From an uncultured Anaeroarcus sp. (GTDB lineage: Bacteria; Bacillota; Negativicutes; Anaeromusales; Anaeromusaceae), in the NCBI GenBank assembly GCA_964551055.1, contig CAZKCR010000002.1:1-43120 (forward strand): 43,120 nucleotides of DNA. Reading direction: 5' to 3'. Below the pieces are notes generated by a model. The model made no database searches and was not told where the DNA came from. It saw nothing but the letters and a program-made list of their open reading frames with translations. This document shows, piece after piece, positions 41,672 through 43,120 of this stretch; within the stretch, counting starts at the first letter, position 1; the number at the start of each line of letters is the position of its first letter. The position numbers were made by a program, and so were the translations under genes.

Positions 41672-42538
41672 ATGCTGCGAATCGGTATATTCCCTAATAA
41701 AAATAAACCGTTAGCTAGAAACATTTTGAACACCCTTTTGCAGTTGATCGCCGAACGAGGAGGGCAAGGCCTGCTGCCGGATTCTTTGGGTGCCGAATGG
41801 CTGGGAGACCAAACTGCTTGCCCGGATGAAACATTGCGGGAACAGATTGACGTAGCCATCACATTGGGCGGTGACGGCACTTTGCTTAGTGTTTCCAGAA
41901 GGCTGGCCTGCAGCGGTATTCCCATTTTAGGAATCAATCTGGGACAACTAGGCTTTTTGGCGGATGTGGAAGTAGCGGAGCTGACGCAGAGCATGGATTG
42001 CCTTTTCTCCGGCAACTATACGCTGCAGCAGCGCATCATGGTAGAAGCATGGGTGGAACGAAGCGCAGAACGCGAGTTTTTGTCCTACGCCATGAACGAA
42101 GTCGTAGTAACCAAAAGTGGATTTTCCCGTTTAATTGACTTGGAAATAGCTATGAAATGCGAACCGGTAACCAATTTCTCCGCCGACGGCGTGATTGTAG
42201 CTACGCCAACCGGCTCCACCGGCTATTCGCTATCTGCTGGAGGTCCTATTGTCCATCCTGAACTGGATGTGCTGCTGTTGACTCCAATCTGCTCAAATAC
42301 GCTGCACGCAAGGCCTTTTGTCATTCCCGGGCATGAAGAGCTGTGTATCCGAGTTCCTGCGCCGCAAGGGGATATTTTGGTTACCGCTGACGGACAAAAC
42401 GGCTATCATGTGCAGCCTGGAGAAGCCATCTGCATTCGTCGTGCTGCAGCCAAAACACCGTTTATTCGCTTGCCGGGAACCTCTTATTATGAAGCCCTGC
42501 GTCGTAAACTTTGGAGAAATTATGAAGATCGCGATTAA
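41672..42538 (+). CDS. nadK: NAD kinase
   Basis: GGDGTLL, GINLGQLGFL, NE, ADG...TPTGSTGYSLSAGGP. Confidence 0.96.
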   Translation: MLRIGIFPNKNKPLARNILNTLLQLIAERGGQGLLPDSLGAEWLGDQTACPDETLREQIDVAITLGGDGTLLSVSRRLACSGIPILGINLGQLGFLADVEVAELTQSMDCLFSGNYTLQQRIMVEAWVERSAEREFLSYAMNEVVVTKSGFSRLIDLEIAMKCEPVTNFSADGVIVATPTGSTGYSLSAGGPIVHPELDVLLLTPICSNTLHARPFVIPGHEELCIRVPAPQGDILVTADGQNGYHVQPGEAICIRRAAAKTPFIRLPGTSYYEALRRKLWRNYEDRD

Positions 42539-43088
42539 CGGTCTCGCTATCTGGCAATCCTTGTTTCTGACTAAGCTTGCCTCGGTTCGTTCGGCCGTAG
42601 ACGCTACTGCCGGCAATGGCCATGATACCTTGTTTTTGGCCGCTCATACACAACCGGATTGCCGCATTTGGGCCCTGGATATTCAAGCTCAGGCTTTAGA
42701 AAAAACAAAGCTGCACCTAACAAAAGCTAATTTACAGGATAAAGTAATTCTTTGCCGCCACAGCCATGCCGAGCTGCTGGAAGTCATTCCGGAAGCGCCA
42801 GATTGCATTATTTTTAATCTTGGCTATTTGCCGGGAGGCGATCATAAATTGACGACACACGTTGATACCACGCTGCCGGCATTGGAGCAAGCGCTGCAAC
42901 TACTGCGTCCCGGGGGCTGGCTTAGTGTTATGATATACCCAGGTCATGAAGCTGGCAAAGAGGAACGGCAACAGATCTTATCATGGGCTTCGTCTCTAGA
43001 ACGCACTGCTGCCAGTGCGAGCCATTGGCATATGTTGAACCATCAAGAAGGAGCTCCTGAGCTTCTTTTACTAGAAAAGCCTTGTTAG
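42522..43088 (+). CDS. SAM-dependent methyltransferase, YtqB/MnmM-like (tRNA mnm5s2U34 methyltransferase candidate)
   Basis: VDATAGNGHDTLFLA, DIQ, FNLGYLPGGD, YPGH..GKEE. Start ATG 42522 overlaps nadK. Confidence 0.85.
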   Translation: MKIAINGLAIWQSLFLTKLASVRSAVDATAGNGHDTLFLAAHTQPDCRIWALDIQAQALEKTKLHLTKANLQDKVILCRHSHAELLEVIPEAPDCIIFNLGYLPGGDHKLTTHVDTTLPALEQALQLLRPGGWLSVMIYPGHEAGKEERQQILSWASSLERTAASASHWHMLNHQEGAPELLLLEKPC

Positions 43089-43120
43089 AAGAAGGATACG
43101 GGGATTGAACAAGAGAATCA
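43089..43120 (+). repeat. Start of a third purine-rich tract (truncated by the window end)
   Basis: ATTGAACAAGAGAA at 43104-43117; GGATACG shared with the rarA tract. Confidence 0.45.

Overview
A core-genome (housekeeping) region with about 50% GC. All credible genes lie on the + strand. Gene content and order (ruvB-queH-spoIID-like-queA-tgt-yajC-secDF; recJ-relA-dtd-MBL-fur-hemZ-hisS-aspS-6S RNA-tcdA-rarA; iscR-iscS-iscU-mnmA; alaS-ireB-ruvX-DUF1292-mltG-trmR-trhP; aroQ-peptidase-efp-asp23-amaP-nusB-xseAB-ispA-dxs-tlyA-nadK) point to an anaerobic Bacillota genome, probably Negativicutes (inference from synteny only). I see no mobile elements, prophage, CRISPR array, rRNA or tRNA. The items most worth following up are: (1) an unexplained ~175-nt rod-like RNA structure between mnmA and alaS whose outer-stem substitutions are all G-U compatible on the + strand; (2) a dispersed purine-rich tract with a GAACAAGAG core at three gene ends, one of which encodes the RarA C-terminal tail; (3) a divergent TsaD/Kae1 paralog coupled to nusB; (4) three sigma-H-type promoters alongside absence of the spoIIIA block after efp; (5) hisS-aspS and alaS without T-box leaders. 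I cannot show a clearly novel multi-gene system. These are leads, not discoveries.
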